From the human T2T-CHM13v2.0 reference genome, Homo sapiens: DNA of 64,000 bases. The position numbers and the translations under genes are program-made. Positions within the stretch are counted from its first letter, which is position 1. Every line of letters begins with the position of its first letter. The stretch lies in the NCBI RefSeq assembly GCF_009914755.1, contig NC_060934.1; one strand, written 5' to 3'. The notes beneath the pieces were generated by a model that searched no databases, was not told where the DNA came from, and saw only the letters and a program-made list of their open reading frames with translations. Below, in pieces: positions 1 through 19,460 of this stretch.

Positions 1-2711
<2,711 letters not shown>

Positions 2712-2759
2712 TTATTTTGCTCAGTAGTTGATGCAGTTTCTGCATAGCGTCGATGGTCT

Positions 2760-3782
2760 TTACAATTGGACATGTTTTTGCAGTTGCTGGTACTGGTTGT
2801 TCCTTTCCATGTTTAGTGCTTCTTCAGGAGCTCTTGTAAGGCAGGCCTGGTGCTGACAAAATCTCTCAGCATTTGTTTGTCTGTAAAGGATTTCACTTCT
2901 CCTTCACTTATGAAGCTTAGTTTGGCTGGATATGAAATTCTGGGTTGAAAATTCTTGTCTTTAAGTATGTTGAATATTGGCCTCCACTCTCTTCTGGCTT
3001 GTAGAGTTTCTGCCAAGAGATCTGCTGTTTGTCTGATGGGCTTCCCTTTGCAGGTAACCCAACCTTTCTCTCTGCCTGCCCTTAACATTTTTTCCTTAAT
3101 TTCAACTTTGGTGAATCTAACTATTATGTGTCTTGGAGTTGCTCTTTTCGAGGAGTATCTTTGTGGTGTTCTCTGTATTTCCTGAATTTGAATGTTGGCC
3201 TGCCATGCTAGGTTGGGGAAGTTTTTCTGGATAATATCCTGAAGAGTGTTTTCTGGCTTGGTTCCATTCTCCCTGTCACTTTCAGGTACACCAATAAGAT
3301 GTAGATTTGGTCTTTTCACATAGTCCCATATTTCTTGGAGGCTTTGTTCATTTCTTTTTACTCTTTTTTCTCTAAACTTCTCTTCTCGCTTCATTTCATT
3401 CATTTGATATTCAATCACTGATACCCTTTCTTCCACTTGATCAAATCGGCTACTGTAGCTTGTGCACGTGTCACGTAGTTCTCGTGGATGGTTTGCAGCT
3501 CCATCAGGTCATTTAAGGACTTCTCTACACTCTTTATTCTAGTTAGCCATTCATCTAATCTTTTTTCAAGGATTTTTGCTTCTTTGTGATGGGTTCAAAC
3601 ATCCTCCTTTAGCTCAGAGAAGTTGTTATTACCGATTGTCTGAAGCCTTCTTCTCTCAACTCGTCAAAGTCATTCTCCATCCAGCCTTTTTCCATTGCTG
3701 GCGAGGAGCTGCATTCCTTCGGAGGGGAAGAGGCACTCTGATATTTAGAATTTTCAGCTTCTCTGCTCTGGTTTCTCCCCAT
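2760..3782 (-). pseudogene. ORF1: L1 ORF1p remnant (stops/frameshifts)
   Basis: ORF pieces 3609-3881 and 2813-3436 give MGRNQSR...WMENDFDEL, EIWDYVKRPNL, RHIIVRFTKVE and YPAKLSF. Confidence 0.93.
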
Positions 3783-4340
3783 CTTTGTGGTTTTATCTAC
3801 CTCTGGTCTTTGATGATGGTGATGTACAGATGGGGTTTTGATGTGGATGTCATTTCTGTTTATTAGTTTTCCTTCTAACAATCAGGACCCTCAGCTGCTG
3901 GTCTGTTGGAGTTTGCTGGAGGTCCACTCCAGACCCTGTTTGCCTGGGTATCACCAGCAGAGGCTGCAGAACAGCAAATGTTGCTGTCTGATCCTTCCTC
4001 TGGAAGCTTCATCTCAGAGGGGCACCCAGCTGTATGAGGTGTCAGTCAGCCCCTACTGGAAGGTGTCTCCCAGTTAGGCTACTCAGGGGTCAGGGACCCA
4101 CTTGAGGAGGCAGTCTGTCCGCTCTCAGATTTCAAACTCCATGCTGGGAGAACCACTACTCTCTTCAAAGCTGTCAGACAGGGACGTTTAAGTCTGCAGA
4201 AGTTTCTGCTGCCTTTTGTTCTGCTATGCCCTGCCCCCAGAGGTGGAGTCTGCAGAGGCATGTAGGCCTCCTTGAGCTGCCATGGGCTCTACCCAGTTCG
4301 AGCTTCCTGGTGGCTTTGTTTACCTACTCAAGCCTCAGCA

Positions 4341-4481
4341 ATGGCAGATGCCCCTCCCTCAGCCTCGCTACTGCCTTGCAGTTCAATCTCAGACTGCTGT
4401 GCTAGCAGTGAGCGAGGCTCCATGGGTGTGGGACCCTCCAAGCCAGGCACAGAATATAATCTCCTGTGTGCCATTTGCTAA
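4341..4481 (+). pseudogene. ORF0: L1 antisense ORF0 homolog, truncated
   Basis: MADAPPSASLLPCSSISDCCAS...GVGPSKPG resembles the primate ORF0 N-terminus; it frameshifts after YNLL. Confidence 0.75.
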
Positions 4482-4787
4482 GGCCATTGGAAAAGTGCAG
4501 TATTAGGGTGGGAGTGTCCCGATTTTCCAGGTACTGTCTGTCACGGCTTCCCTTTGCTAGGAAAGGGAATTCCCCGACGCTTTGTGCTTCCTGGGTGAGG
4601 CAATGCCCCACCCTGCTCCATGAGCTGTGCCCACTGTCAGACAAGCCCCAGTGAGATGAACCCAGTACCTCAGTTGGAAATGCAGATACCTCAGTTGGAA
4701 ATGCAGAAATCACCCATCTTCTGTGTCACTCAGGCTGGGAGCTGCAGACTGGAGCTCTTCCTATTTGGCCATCTTGGAACCTCCACC

Positions 4788-5080
4788 AGTAGTTCTATTT
4801 TTAATTTTTTGAGGAACTTCCATTCTGTTTTTTATAATGACTGTAGTAATTTTCATTCTCACCAGTAGTGTATAAGAGTTTTCCTTGCTCCACATCTATG
4901 TCAGCATTCATTACTTTTTGTCTTTTTGATAGTAGCCATTCTAATTGAGGTGAAATGATATTTCATTGTGGTTTTTATTTGCATTTCCCTGATGGTTAGT
5001 GATGCTGAGCATTATTTTCAGAAACCTGTTAGCCACTCACATATTTCCTTTTGAGGAATGTCTATTCAGGTCTTTTGCTC
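4788..5080 (-). mobile_element. Older L1M (L1MA-like) ORF2 3' fragment; insertion target of the L1PA element
   Basis: Typical antisense L1 ORF2-end text (tttcattgtggtttttatttgcatttccctgatg). Confidence 0.85.
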
Positions 5081-8000
5081 AAGGAAAGAGAACAAGAGTC
5101 TCTGCCTGGTAATCCAGATAATTATTCTGGATCTTGTCTAAGGCCATGAAGGTAACACCACTATGAGTCTGCAAGAACTAGTGTTAGTGGGCTTTGTGTG
5201 CCCCCCTAAAGCAGATACACCTTACAGCACAATGCCCAAGTCCTTTCAAATACCTGGAAAGCCTTCCCAAGAAAGACAGGTACAAACAAGCCCAGAATGT
5301 GAAGACTATAATAAATACATAACTCTTCAATGCCCAGATACGGATGAACATCTGCAAGTATCAAGACAATCCAGGAAAAACATGACCTTACCAAATGAAC
5401 TAAATAGGGCACCAGGGACAAAGCCTGGAGAAACAGAGCTATGTGACCTTTCAGATATAGAATTCAAAATAGCTATTTTGAGAAAACTCAAAGAAATTGA
5501 AGATAACACAGAGAATAAATTCAAAATTCTATCAGATTAATTTAACACAGAGATTCAAATAATTAAAGAGATTCAAGCAGAAATTCTGGAGTTGCAAAAT
5601 GCAACCGGTATATTAAAGAATGCATCAGAGCCTTTTAACAGCAAGATTGATTAAGCAGAAGAAAGCACTAGTGAGCATAAAGACGGGCTATTTGAAAATA
5701 CACAGAGGAGACAAAAGGAAAAAGAATAAAAAACAATGAAGCACACCTACAGGATCTAGAAAATAGCTTCAAAGGGGCAAATCTAAGCCTTCTTGGCCTT
5801 AAAGAAAAGGTAGAGTAAGAGATGGGGGCAGAAAGTTTATTCAAAGGGATAATAATAGAGAATATCCCAAATCTAGACAAAAATGTCAATATCCAAGTAC
5901 AAGAAGGTTATAGAACACCAAGCAGATTTAACCCACAGAAGACTACCTCAAGGTGTTTAATAATCAAACCCCCAAAGATCAAGGATAAACAAAGGATCCT
6001 GAAGGCAGCAAGAGGAAAGAAACAAATCACATACAATGGAGCACCATTCACATACATCTGGCAGCAGACTCTTCAGTGGAACCCTTACAGGCCAAGAGAA
6101 GTTTGCATGCTATGTTTAAAGGGCTGCAGGAAAAAAAACTTTTACACTAGAATAGTATATCTGACAAAAATGTCTTTCAAATATAAAGGAGGAATAAAGA
6201 CTTTCCCTAACAAACAAAAGCTGATGAATTTCATCAACCCCAGATATGTCCTACAAAAAATGCTAAAGGGAGTACTTCAATTAGAATGAAAAGGATATTA
6301 ATGAACAATAAGAAATAATCTGAAGGTACAAAACTCAGTGGCAATAGTAAGTACACAGAAAAACACAGAATATTATAACACTGTAACTGTGGTATGTAAA
6401 CTACTCCCATATTTGCAGAAGCACTAAATGATGAACCAAAGAAATAACTACAACTTTTCAATACATAGGTAGTACAATAAGATATAACTAGAAACAACAA
6501 AAAGTTTTAAAATGGAGGGGTGTGGAAACAATGTTAAGGTGTGAAGTTTTTATTAGTTTTCTTTTTGTTTGTTGTTTATGTAAACAGTGTTAAGTTATTA
6601 TCAGCTTAAAATAATTGTTATAAGATAGTATTTGCAAGCCTCATGGTAACCTCAAACCAAATAACATAGAACTGATATGCAGACACACACACACAAAGCA
6701 AGAAACTAAGTTGTATCACCAGACAAAATTACCTTCACTAAAAGGAAGACAGAAAGGAAAGAAAGAAGAGAAAACCACAAAACAACCAGACAACAAATAA
6801 CAAAATGGCAAGAGTAAGTCCTTACTTACCAACAACATTGAATGTCAATGGACTAAACTCTTCAATCAAAAGACATAGAATGGCTGAATGGATAAAAAAA
6901 AAAAAAAGACCCAGTAATCTGTTGCCTACAAGAAACACAGGTAAGCTATAAAGACAGATATAGACTAAAAATAAGGGGATGGAAGAATATATCCCATGCC
7001 AATGGAAACCAAAAAAGAGCAGGAACAGCTATACTTTTGTCAGACAAAATAGATTTCAAGACAAAAACTAAGAGACAAAGAAGGTCACTATATAATGGTA
7101 AAGGGGTCAATTCAGTAAGAGGATAAAATAATTTTAAATATATTTGCACTGAGCACTGGAGCACCTAGAAATATAATACAAATATTATTAGAGTTAAAGT
7201 GAGAGATAAACCCCAATATAATAATAACTGGAGACTTCAACACCCTGCTTTCAACACTGAACAGATCTTCCAGACAGAAAATCAACAAAGACACATCAGA
7301 CTTCAACTACACTATACACCAAATAGACCTAATAGTTATCTACAGAACATTTAATCCAACAGCTGAAGAATACACATACTTTTCCTCTGCACATGGATCA
7401 TTTTCAAGGAAAGACTATATGTTAGGTCACAAAACAGGTCTTAAAACATTCAAAAAATTGAAATTATATCAAGCATCTTCTCTTACCACAATGGAATAAA
7501 ACTAGAAATCAATAATGAGAGAAACTTTGGAAACTATAAAAACGCATGGAAATTAAACAAGATGCTCCTGAATGACCAGTGGGTCAATAAAGAAATTAGG
7601 AAGGAAATTGAAAATTTTCTTGAAACAAATGATTAAGAAAATACAACATGCCAAAATCTACGGGATTCAGCAAAAACAGTACTAAGAGGGACGTTTATAG
7701 CTCTAAGTGTCTATATCAAAAAACAAGAAAAACTTCAAATAGACAACCTAATGATGCATTTCAAGGAACTAGAAAAGCAAGAGCAAACCAAACCCAAAAT
7801 TGGTAGAAGAAAAGAAGTAATAAATACCAGAGCAGAAATAAATGAAATTGAAATGAAGAAAACAATATAAAATTTCAGTGAAACAAAGAGTTGGGTTTTT
7901 GAAAAGTTAAACAAAATTAACAAATCTTTAGCCAGACTACCTAAGAGAAAACGAGAGAAGCTCCAAGTAAATACAATGAGAAATGAAAAAGAGACATTAC

Positions 8001-10570
8001 AACTGAGGTGCTGCAGAAATTCAAAGGATCATTAGTGGCTTATATGAGCAACTATATACCAATAAATTAGAAAATCTAGAAGAAATTGATAAATACCTAG
8101 ACACATACAACCTAGCATGATTGAACCAGGAAGAAATCCAAAATCTGAACAGATTAATAACAAGTAACATGATTTAAGCTGTAATAAAATGTCTCCCCAT
8201 AAGAAGAACCCAGGACTCAATGACTTCACTGCTGAATCCTAACAAACATTTAAAGAAGAAGGAATACCAGTTGTACTCAAATTATTCTGGAAAATAGTGG
8301 AGGAGGGAGTATGTCCAAACTCATCCTACCAGGTCAGTGTTACTCTGATACCAAAACTGGACAAAGACACATCAACAAAGCAAACTACAGCCAATATCTC
8401 TGATGAATATTGATTTAAAAATCCTCAACAAAATGCTAGCAAATAGAATTCAACAATACATCAAAAAGATCATTCATCATGACCAAGTGGGATATCTCCC
8501 TGGAATGCAAGGAGGATTCAACATATGCAAATTAATCAATGTAATATATCATATCAATAGAATGGAGAAAAAAACCATATGATCATTTCAAATGATGCTG
8601 AAAAAGCATTTGATAAAATTCAACATCCCTTCTTGATAAAAACACTGAAAAAACTGGGTATAGAAGGAAAATACATCAACATAATAAAAGCCATGTATGA
8701 CAGACCCACAACTAATATCATATGGAATGGGAAAAAATTGAAAGCCTTTTATCTAAGATCTGAAACACAACAAGGCTGCTTACTTTTACCACTATTATTT
8801 AACATAGTGCTGGAAGTCCTAGCTAGAGCAATCAGACAAGAGAAAGAAATAAAGTCCATCCAAATTGGAAAGGAAAAAGCAAAATTATCCTTTTTGCAGA
8901 CAATATTATCTCATATTTGGAAAAACCTAAAGACTTCACCAAAAATTAAATGCCTAGGAATTAATTTAACCAAAGAAGCAAAAGAGCTCTATAATGAAAA
9001 CTATAAAGCACCGATGAAAGAAATTGAAGGGGACATCAAAAAATGAAAAATATTCTATGTTCAGGATCAGAAGAATCAATATTGTTAAACTGTCCATACT
9101 ACCAAAAGCAATCTACAGATCCAATGCAATACCTATCAAAATACCAATGACATTCTTCTCAGAAATAGAAAAAACAATCCTAAAATTTATATGAAACCAC
9201 AAAAGACCCAGAATAGCCAAAGCTATTCTAAGGAAAAAGAACAAAACTGGAGGAATCACATTACCTGACTTAAATTATATTACAGAGCTATAGTAATCAA
9301 AACTGCAGAGTACTGCCATAGAAATAGACATGTAGACCAACAGAACAGAATAGAGAACCCAGAAACATAACATAACCCACATAACTACAGCGACTCATTT
9401 TTTATAAAGGAGCTAAGATCATACAATGAGGAAAAGGCATTATTCAATAAATGGTGCTGCAAAAACTTGATATCCATATACGGAAGAATGAAACTAGACC
9501 CCAATCTCTCATCATATACAAAAAGGAAACAAAATGGATTAAAAATTAAATCTATAAACTCAAGCTATGAAATGACTACATGGAAACATTGGAGAAATTC
9601 TTTGGAACATTGGTCTGTGCAAAAATATCTGAGAGTAATACTCCACAAGCACAGGCAACCAAAGCAAACATGTACAAATGGTATCACATCAAGTTAAGAG
9701 GCTTCTTCACAGCCATGGATACAATTGACAAAGTGAAGAGACAACTCACAGAATGGGAGAAAATATTTGCTAACTACCCATCTGACAAGGGATTAATAAT
9801 CAGAATACATAAGGAGTGCAAATAACTCTATAGGAAACATCTAATAATTCAATGAAAAAATGGGCAAAAGATTTGAATAGATGTTTCTCAAAAGAAGATG
9901 TACAAATGGTGAACATACAAATGAAAAGGTGCACAACATCATTGATCATCAGAGAATTGCAAATCAAAGCTACAATGAGATATTATCTCACCCCAGTTAA
10001 AATGGCTTATGTCCAAAAGAGAGGCAATAACAAATGCTGGTGAGGATGCGAAGAAAAGACAATCCTTACACACTGTTGATGGTAATGTAAATTTGTACAA
10101 CCACTATGGAGAAGAGTTTAGAGATTCCTCAAAAAAATGAAAAATTGCTCTAACATATGATCCTTTTTTGGGGTATTGAATATACCCAAAAGAAAGGAAA
10201 TCAGTATGTTGAAGAGATATCTGCACTCCTATGTTTGTTTCAGCACTGTTCACAATAGCCAAAATTTGGAAGCAACCTAAGTGTCCATCAACAGATGGAT
10301 GGATAAAGAAAATGTACTTATACATAATGGAGAACTATTCAGCCATGAAAAGAATAATATCTTGTCATCTGCAATAACATGGATGGAACTGGGGGTCATT
10401 ATGTTAAATGAAACAAGCCAGGCACAGAAAGACAAACATTGCATGTTCTCATTTATTTGTGGGATCTAGACATCAAAACAATTAAACTAATGAAGATAGA
10501 GTAGAAGAATGGTTACCAGAGGCTTGGAAGGGTATTGTAGCCTGGTAGGGAGGTGGGGATTGTTAATGAG
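5081..10570 (+). mobile_element. L1MA1-3-like LINE-1, near full-length and degenerate, 3'UTR truncated
   Basis: ORF1 remnants (MTLPNELNRAPGT, QEGYRTPSRFN), EN/RT remnants ([13 protein letters not shown]) and an L1MA-type 3'UTR up to ~10570; small internal deletion at ~8945. Confidence 0.9.
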
Positions 10571-12020
10571 TGTGACTAAAAGAGTTAGTTCTTTGAAAAT
10601 AATTGGACAAACAGCTAAACTAAGAAAAAACAGAGAAGATTCAAATAAATAAAATCAGAAATAAAAGGAGAGACATTACGACTGATACCACAGAAATAAA
10701 AATGATTGTAAGAGACTACTATGAACAATCATATGCTAACATACAATATAGCAAGACTAAGTCATGACGAAATCAAAACATCAGAACAGGAATAGTTAAC
10801 TCCTATGACTAGTAAGGAGTTATGAATCAGTAACAAAAAACCTACCAAAAAAAATACTCACAACCAGATAACTTCACTGGAAAGATCTACCAAACATTTA
10901 AAGAAGAATTAATTCCAATCTTTCTCAAACTCTTCCAAAAAATAGGAGAAGAGAGAACACTTCTAAACCCGTTTTATGAGTCAAACGTTACTCAGATACT
11001 GAAGTCAGGAAAAGACACTAAAGAAAAGAAAACTACAGAGCAATGTCTCTGATGAATATTGATGCCAAAATTTCTAACAAATTAAATTCAAGAGGACAAT
11101 AAATGAATTATACACTATGACCAAATGGCATTTACTTCCAATAAAAGGATAACTCAACATATAAAATTTGAACAATATTATACATCACAGTATCAGAATG
11201 AAGGACAAAAACCACATTATCATCTCAACTGATGCAGAAAAATCATCTGACAAAAATCCAACACTCTTTCATGATAAAAACACTCAACAAACTATAAATA
11301 GAAGAAAACTACCTCACATAATAAAGGCCATATATGAAAAGTCTGCAACTAACATCATAGTCAATGATGAAAGAAATTGGAAGTCTCATGTAGCATTACT
11401 GGGAATGTAAAATGGTACAACCATTATGGAAAACAGTATGTAAGACCCTCAAAAAATTATAAATTGAATTACCATATGATCCAGCAATTGCACTTCTAGG
11501 TATATATCCAAAAGAGTTGACAGCAGGATCAGTAAGAGCTATTTGCACACCGATGTTCACTGTAGCATTATTCACAATAGCCATGAGGCAGAAGCAACCA
11601 AGATGTTCATATATGGATTAATGATTAAACAAAATGTGGTATATACATACATTAGAATATTATTCAGCCTTAAAAATCCTGTTACATACTATACATGTGC
11701 TATATGAATGAAACTTGAGGACATTATACTAAGTGAAATGAGGCAGTCACCAAAAGACAAATACTGTATGATTTCACTTTAATAAATTGTCTAAACTGGT
11801 CGATCTCATAGAAACAGAAAGTAAAATGGTGTTTTCCAGGGATTGGAGAGAGGGAGAAATGGGAAGATGTTATCCAATGTGTATAGAGTTTCAGACTTGC
11901 AAGATGAAAAAGTTCTAGAGATTTTGTAAAACATGTATATAGTTAATGCAATTGAACTGCACACTTAAACACGATTCAGATGATAAATTTTGTTCTGGGT
12001 TTTTAGCACAATTTTTAAAA
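10571..12020 (+). mobile_element. L1MB-like fragment: ORF2 middle joined by a deletion to the ORF2 end and 3'UTR
   Basis: KDKNHIIISTDAEK remnant, then a jump at ~11375 to the ORF2 C-terminus and an L1MB-type 3'UTR. Confidence 0.8.
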
Positions 12021-12039
12021 GGTCTCTATGATGTTACCT

Positions 12040-12322
12040 TTTTGTACAGAGTGTTGAGTTTTGTTTTGTTTTGTTTTGTCTTTCCTGGCAGGCAGTTAAC
12101 TTACTAGTGGCTCTAATTGATCCTATTGAAGCTTGGTTTTAGTCCTTTAAGAATATGTCTAGAGCAACATTTGCTCTAGGGCAAGAATAGGCTTACTCCT
12201 TAGATAATGGTTTTTGACATCTCAACTAAATACCCAGTGTTCGATGTATTCAGCAAGGTCCCTCTACTCTGACTTATTGGACCTCTACTATCTCTCAGCA
12301 CTATTCAACCTCTAATATCTCT
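12040..12322 (-). mobile_element. Ancient L1M 5'-region fragment, left half (interrupted by the L1PA insertion)
   Basis: Degenerate old-L1 5'-region character; continues after the right TSD at 17930. Confidence 0.5.
12309..12322. repeat. Target-site duplication, left copy (CCTCTAATATCTCT)
   Basis: Identical 14-mer at 17916-17929. Confidence 0.92.
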
Positions 12323-12572
12323 TTTTTTATTTTTATTTTTTATTTTATTTTATTATTATTATACTTTAAGTTTTAGGGTACATGTGCACAATGTGCAGGT
12401 TAGTTTCATATGTATACATGTGCCATGCTGGTGTGCTGCACCCATTAACTCGTCATTTAGCATTAGGTATATCTCCTAAAGCTATCCCTCCCCCTGCCCC
12501 CACCCTGCAACAGTCCCCAGAGTGTGATGTTCCCCTTCCTGTGTCCATGTGTTCTCATTGTTCAGTTCCCAC

Positions 12573-16424
<3,852 letters not shown>

Positions 16425-16472
16425 CTATTTTGCTCGTTAGTTGATGCCGTTTCTTCCTAGCCTCGATGGTCT

Positions 16473-17486
16473 TTACAATTTGGCATGATTTTGCAGTGGC
16501 TGCCACCGGTTGTTCCTTTCCATGTTTAGTGCTTCCTTCGGGAGCTCTTTTAGGGCAGGCCTGGTGGTGACAAAATCTCTCAGCATTTGCTTGTCTGTAA
16601 AGTATTTTATTTCTCCTTCACTTATGAAGCTTAGTTTGGCTGGATATGAAATTCTGGGTTGAAAATTCCTTTCTTTAAGAATGTTGAATATTGGCCCCCA
16701 CTCTCTTCTGGCTTGTAGAGTTTCTGCCGAGAGATCCGCTGTTAGTCTGATGGGCTTCCCTTTGTGGGTAACCCGACCTTCATCTCTGGCCTCCCTTAAC
16801 ATTTTTTCCTTCATTTCAACTTTTGTGAATCTGACAATTATGTGTCTTGAGTTGCTCTTTTTGAGGAGTATCTTTGTGGCGTTCTGTATTTCCTGCATCT
16901 GAACGTTGGCCTGCCTTGCTAGATTGGGGAAGTTCTCCTGGATAATATCCTGCAGAGTGTTTTCCAACTTGGTTCCATTCTCCCCATCACTTTCAGGTAC
17001 ACCAATCAGACGTAGATTTGGTCTTTTCACATAGTCTCATATTTCTTGGAGGCTTTGTTCGTTTCTTTTTATTCTGTTTTCTCTAAACTTCCCTTCTCGC
17101 TTCATTTCATTCACTTCATCTTCCATCACTGATACCCTTTCTTCCAGTTGATCGCATCAGCTCCTGAGGCTTCTGCATTCTTCACGTAGTTCTCGAGCCT
17201 TGGCTTTCAGCTCCATCAGCTCCTTTAAGTACTTCTCTGTATTAGTTATTCTAGTTATACATTCGTCAAAATCATTTTCAAAGTTTTCAACTTCTTTGCC
17301 TTTGGTTTGAATTTCCTCCTGTAGCTCAGAGTAGTTTGATCGTCTGAAGCCTTCTTCTCTCAACTCGTCAAAGTCATTCTCTGTCCAGCTGTGTTCCGTT
17401 GCTGGTGAGGAGCTGCGTTCCTTTGGAGGAGGAGAGGTGCTCTGCTTTTTAGAGTTTCCAGTTTTTCTGCTGTGTTTTTTCCCCAT
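16473..17486 (-). pseudogene. ORF1: L1 ORF1p remnant with premature stops
   Basis: MGKKHSRKTGNSK...RSLRS* followed by KRPNLRLIGVPE...QPLQNHAKL. Confidence 0.94.
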
Positions 17487-17915
17487 CTTTGCGGTTTTAT
17501 CTACTTTTGGTCTTTGATGATGGTGATGTACAGATGGGTTTTTGGTGTGGATGTCCTTTCTGTTTGTTAGTTTTCCTTCTAACAGACAGGACCCTCAGCT
17601 GCAGGTCTGTTGGAGTTTGCTAGAGGTCCACTCCAGACCTTGTTTGCCTGGGTACCAGCAGCGGTGGCTGCAGAACAGTGGATTTTTGTGAACCGCAAAT
17701 GCTGCTGTCTGATCGTTCCTCTGGAATTTTTGTCTCAGAGGAGTACCCGGCCGTGTGAGGTGTCAGTCTGCCCCTACTGGGGGGTGCCTCCCAGTTAGGC
17801 TGCTCGGGGGTCAGGGGTCAGGGACCCACTTGAGGAGGCAGTCTGCCCTTTCTCAGATCTCCAGCTGCGTGCTGGGAGAATCACTGCTCTCTTCAAAGCT
17901 CAGATGGAAATGCAG

Positions 17916-17929
17916 CCTCTAATATCTCT
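17916..17929. repeat. Target-site duplication, right copy
   Basis: Identical 14-mer at 12309-12322. Confidence 0.92.
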
Positions 17930-18345
17930 ATTTGGCTCACAACCCTCAAGTAGTTCTCTTCAGGGTTTCAGCAAATCTTGCCCTATAAATGCCTAATATT
18001 AAGCCAGTGGCTTAAGGTGACCTTAGAAAAGATTTCTGAAGCTTCATCTCTAAACAGCTACCTCCTCTCTACTAACCTGCTTCATAAATCCCAGCCACAA
18101 TGCTAATAATGTCTACCTTAGACACCATCAATTTCTCTTTGGGTTCTATTTCACTGCGTTCCTAATCAAAAAGCCAGGGTAAATGTGTTGCTTACCTCCA
18201 GTAGTTCTTTCTTTTCCAGGATAGCAGTGTTGTGGAGTCTGTTGTTAGATGTCTAAAAAGAGTTGCTGCTTATGTATTTTTTGAGTGTTATATTTGTTTA
18301 TGGCTGAAGGGTAAATCTAATAGTTATAACCCTGTCATTATTCAG
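17930..18345 (-). mobile_element. Ancient L1M 5'-region fragment, right half
   Basis: Continues the pre-insertion sequence; degenerate. Confidence 0.5.
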
Positions 18346-18449
18346 ATGAAGAATTTGTCATTTTAAGTTTCTCTTTTTTATATTCACCACCTACCATTCT
18401 ACAGTATTTTTTGATTCTTTGTGGGATTTTTCTCTGTCTCTACAATAAC

Positions 18450-18572
18450 TTAACTTCCATGAGAAGTGATTCTGTCAGTCTTACTCAATTCAGATCTCTA
18501 GTGCTCAGAAGAGTGCTTGGTACTCATGAATAAACAACAAATATTTAATAAAATTAAATGAAATGAATGAGT
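18450..18572 (+). mobile_element. L2 3' end
   Basis: agtgcttggtac...aaatattt...aatgaatga tail. Confidence 0.65.
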
Positions 18573-18689
18573 AAATTATTGAATAATTATGCACAGATGA
18601 AATTTGCTTCAGAACATATTAAAAATTTTACACTAGCAATATAAAAGAATAGGTGAATAGATGTTGAAAAAATTTGTGCAAAACCTATG

Positions 18690-18880
18690 ATATTGAAGAA
18701 GAAAATAAGGGGCAGACAAAGAAGTGAAGGAATAAAAAATGAAGAAGAAATAAGAAGACAGTAAAAGAGGAAAATGGAAAAGAAGAAAGTTTGTAGAATT
18801 GTGGAGAAAAAAAGACAAAAAGACAAGAGAAGAAATGAGGATATTTTTGTAAAAAGGAAAGGAAGAAAAAGAAAAGAGGC
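18690..18880. repeat. GA-rich low-complexity tract
   Basis: Purine-rich on the plus strand. Confidence 0.7.
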
Positions 18881-19059
18881 AAGTATTATTTTAATTCTCT
18901 AACACAGCAAACATACTGTGCCCTGACTTTGTATTTTAAGGCAAAATTCTAGGGCTGCAATGGTGAAAATAGTTGGGTTATTCTTTCTAAACACCTTTAT
19001 CCCCAAACATATTTGCCCTGATGTGTAAGAAATACACACAAAAATATAATCCAACTTAG

Positions 19060-19460
19060 ATTATGAGTGCCATAGGAAAGTGCTGTGAGAAGAGTGATAT
19101 CAAAACCTTATATGGGGATCTAGCTAGGTAGGCATCTTAGAGAAAGTGACTAAGTTTGAAGGATGAATAGAAATTAAACAGATGTTATGGGAGGAAACAA
19201 TTTGACAAAAGGTTTGGAATAAGGAAAAGAAAGAGCATGGAACAGAAATTGTAAAAGTTTCTGATTGGCTTTCCTAATAATGTCTGAATGACGCTGTTGG
19301 GAATGTGTATTGGGAATGCAAGTTTAAGTCTCACATGGAGAGTCTCGAATATTGTGCTAGGAGTTTGAACTTTTAAGTGCTCTTTAGCTTTTGGAAACCT
19401 CTGAGAGTTTTTCAATAAGAAAGTAATAAGCTCAGATCAGTGATTTTAGAACATAAAATG
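19060..19460 (-). mobile_element. L2 fragment
   Basis: gaaagtgac...tttgaaggatgaatagaaatt and gagtttgaacttt...gagagtttt motifs. Confidence 0.6.
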
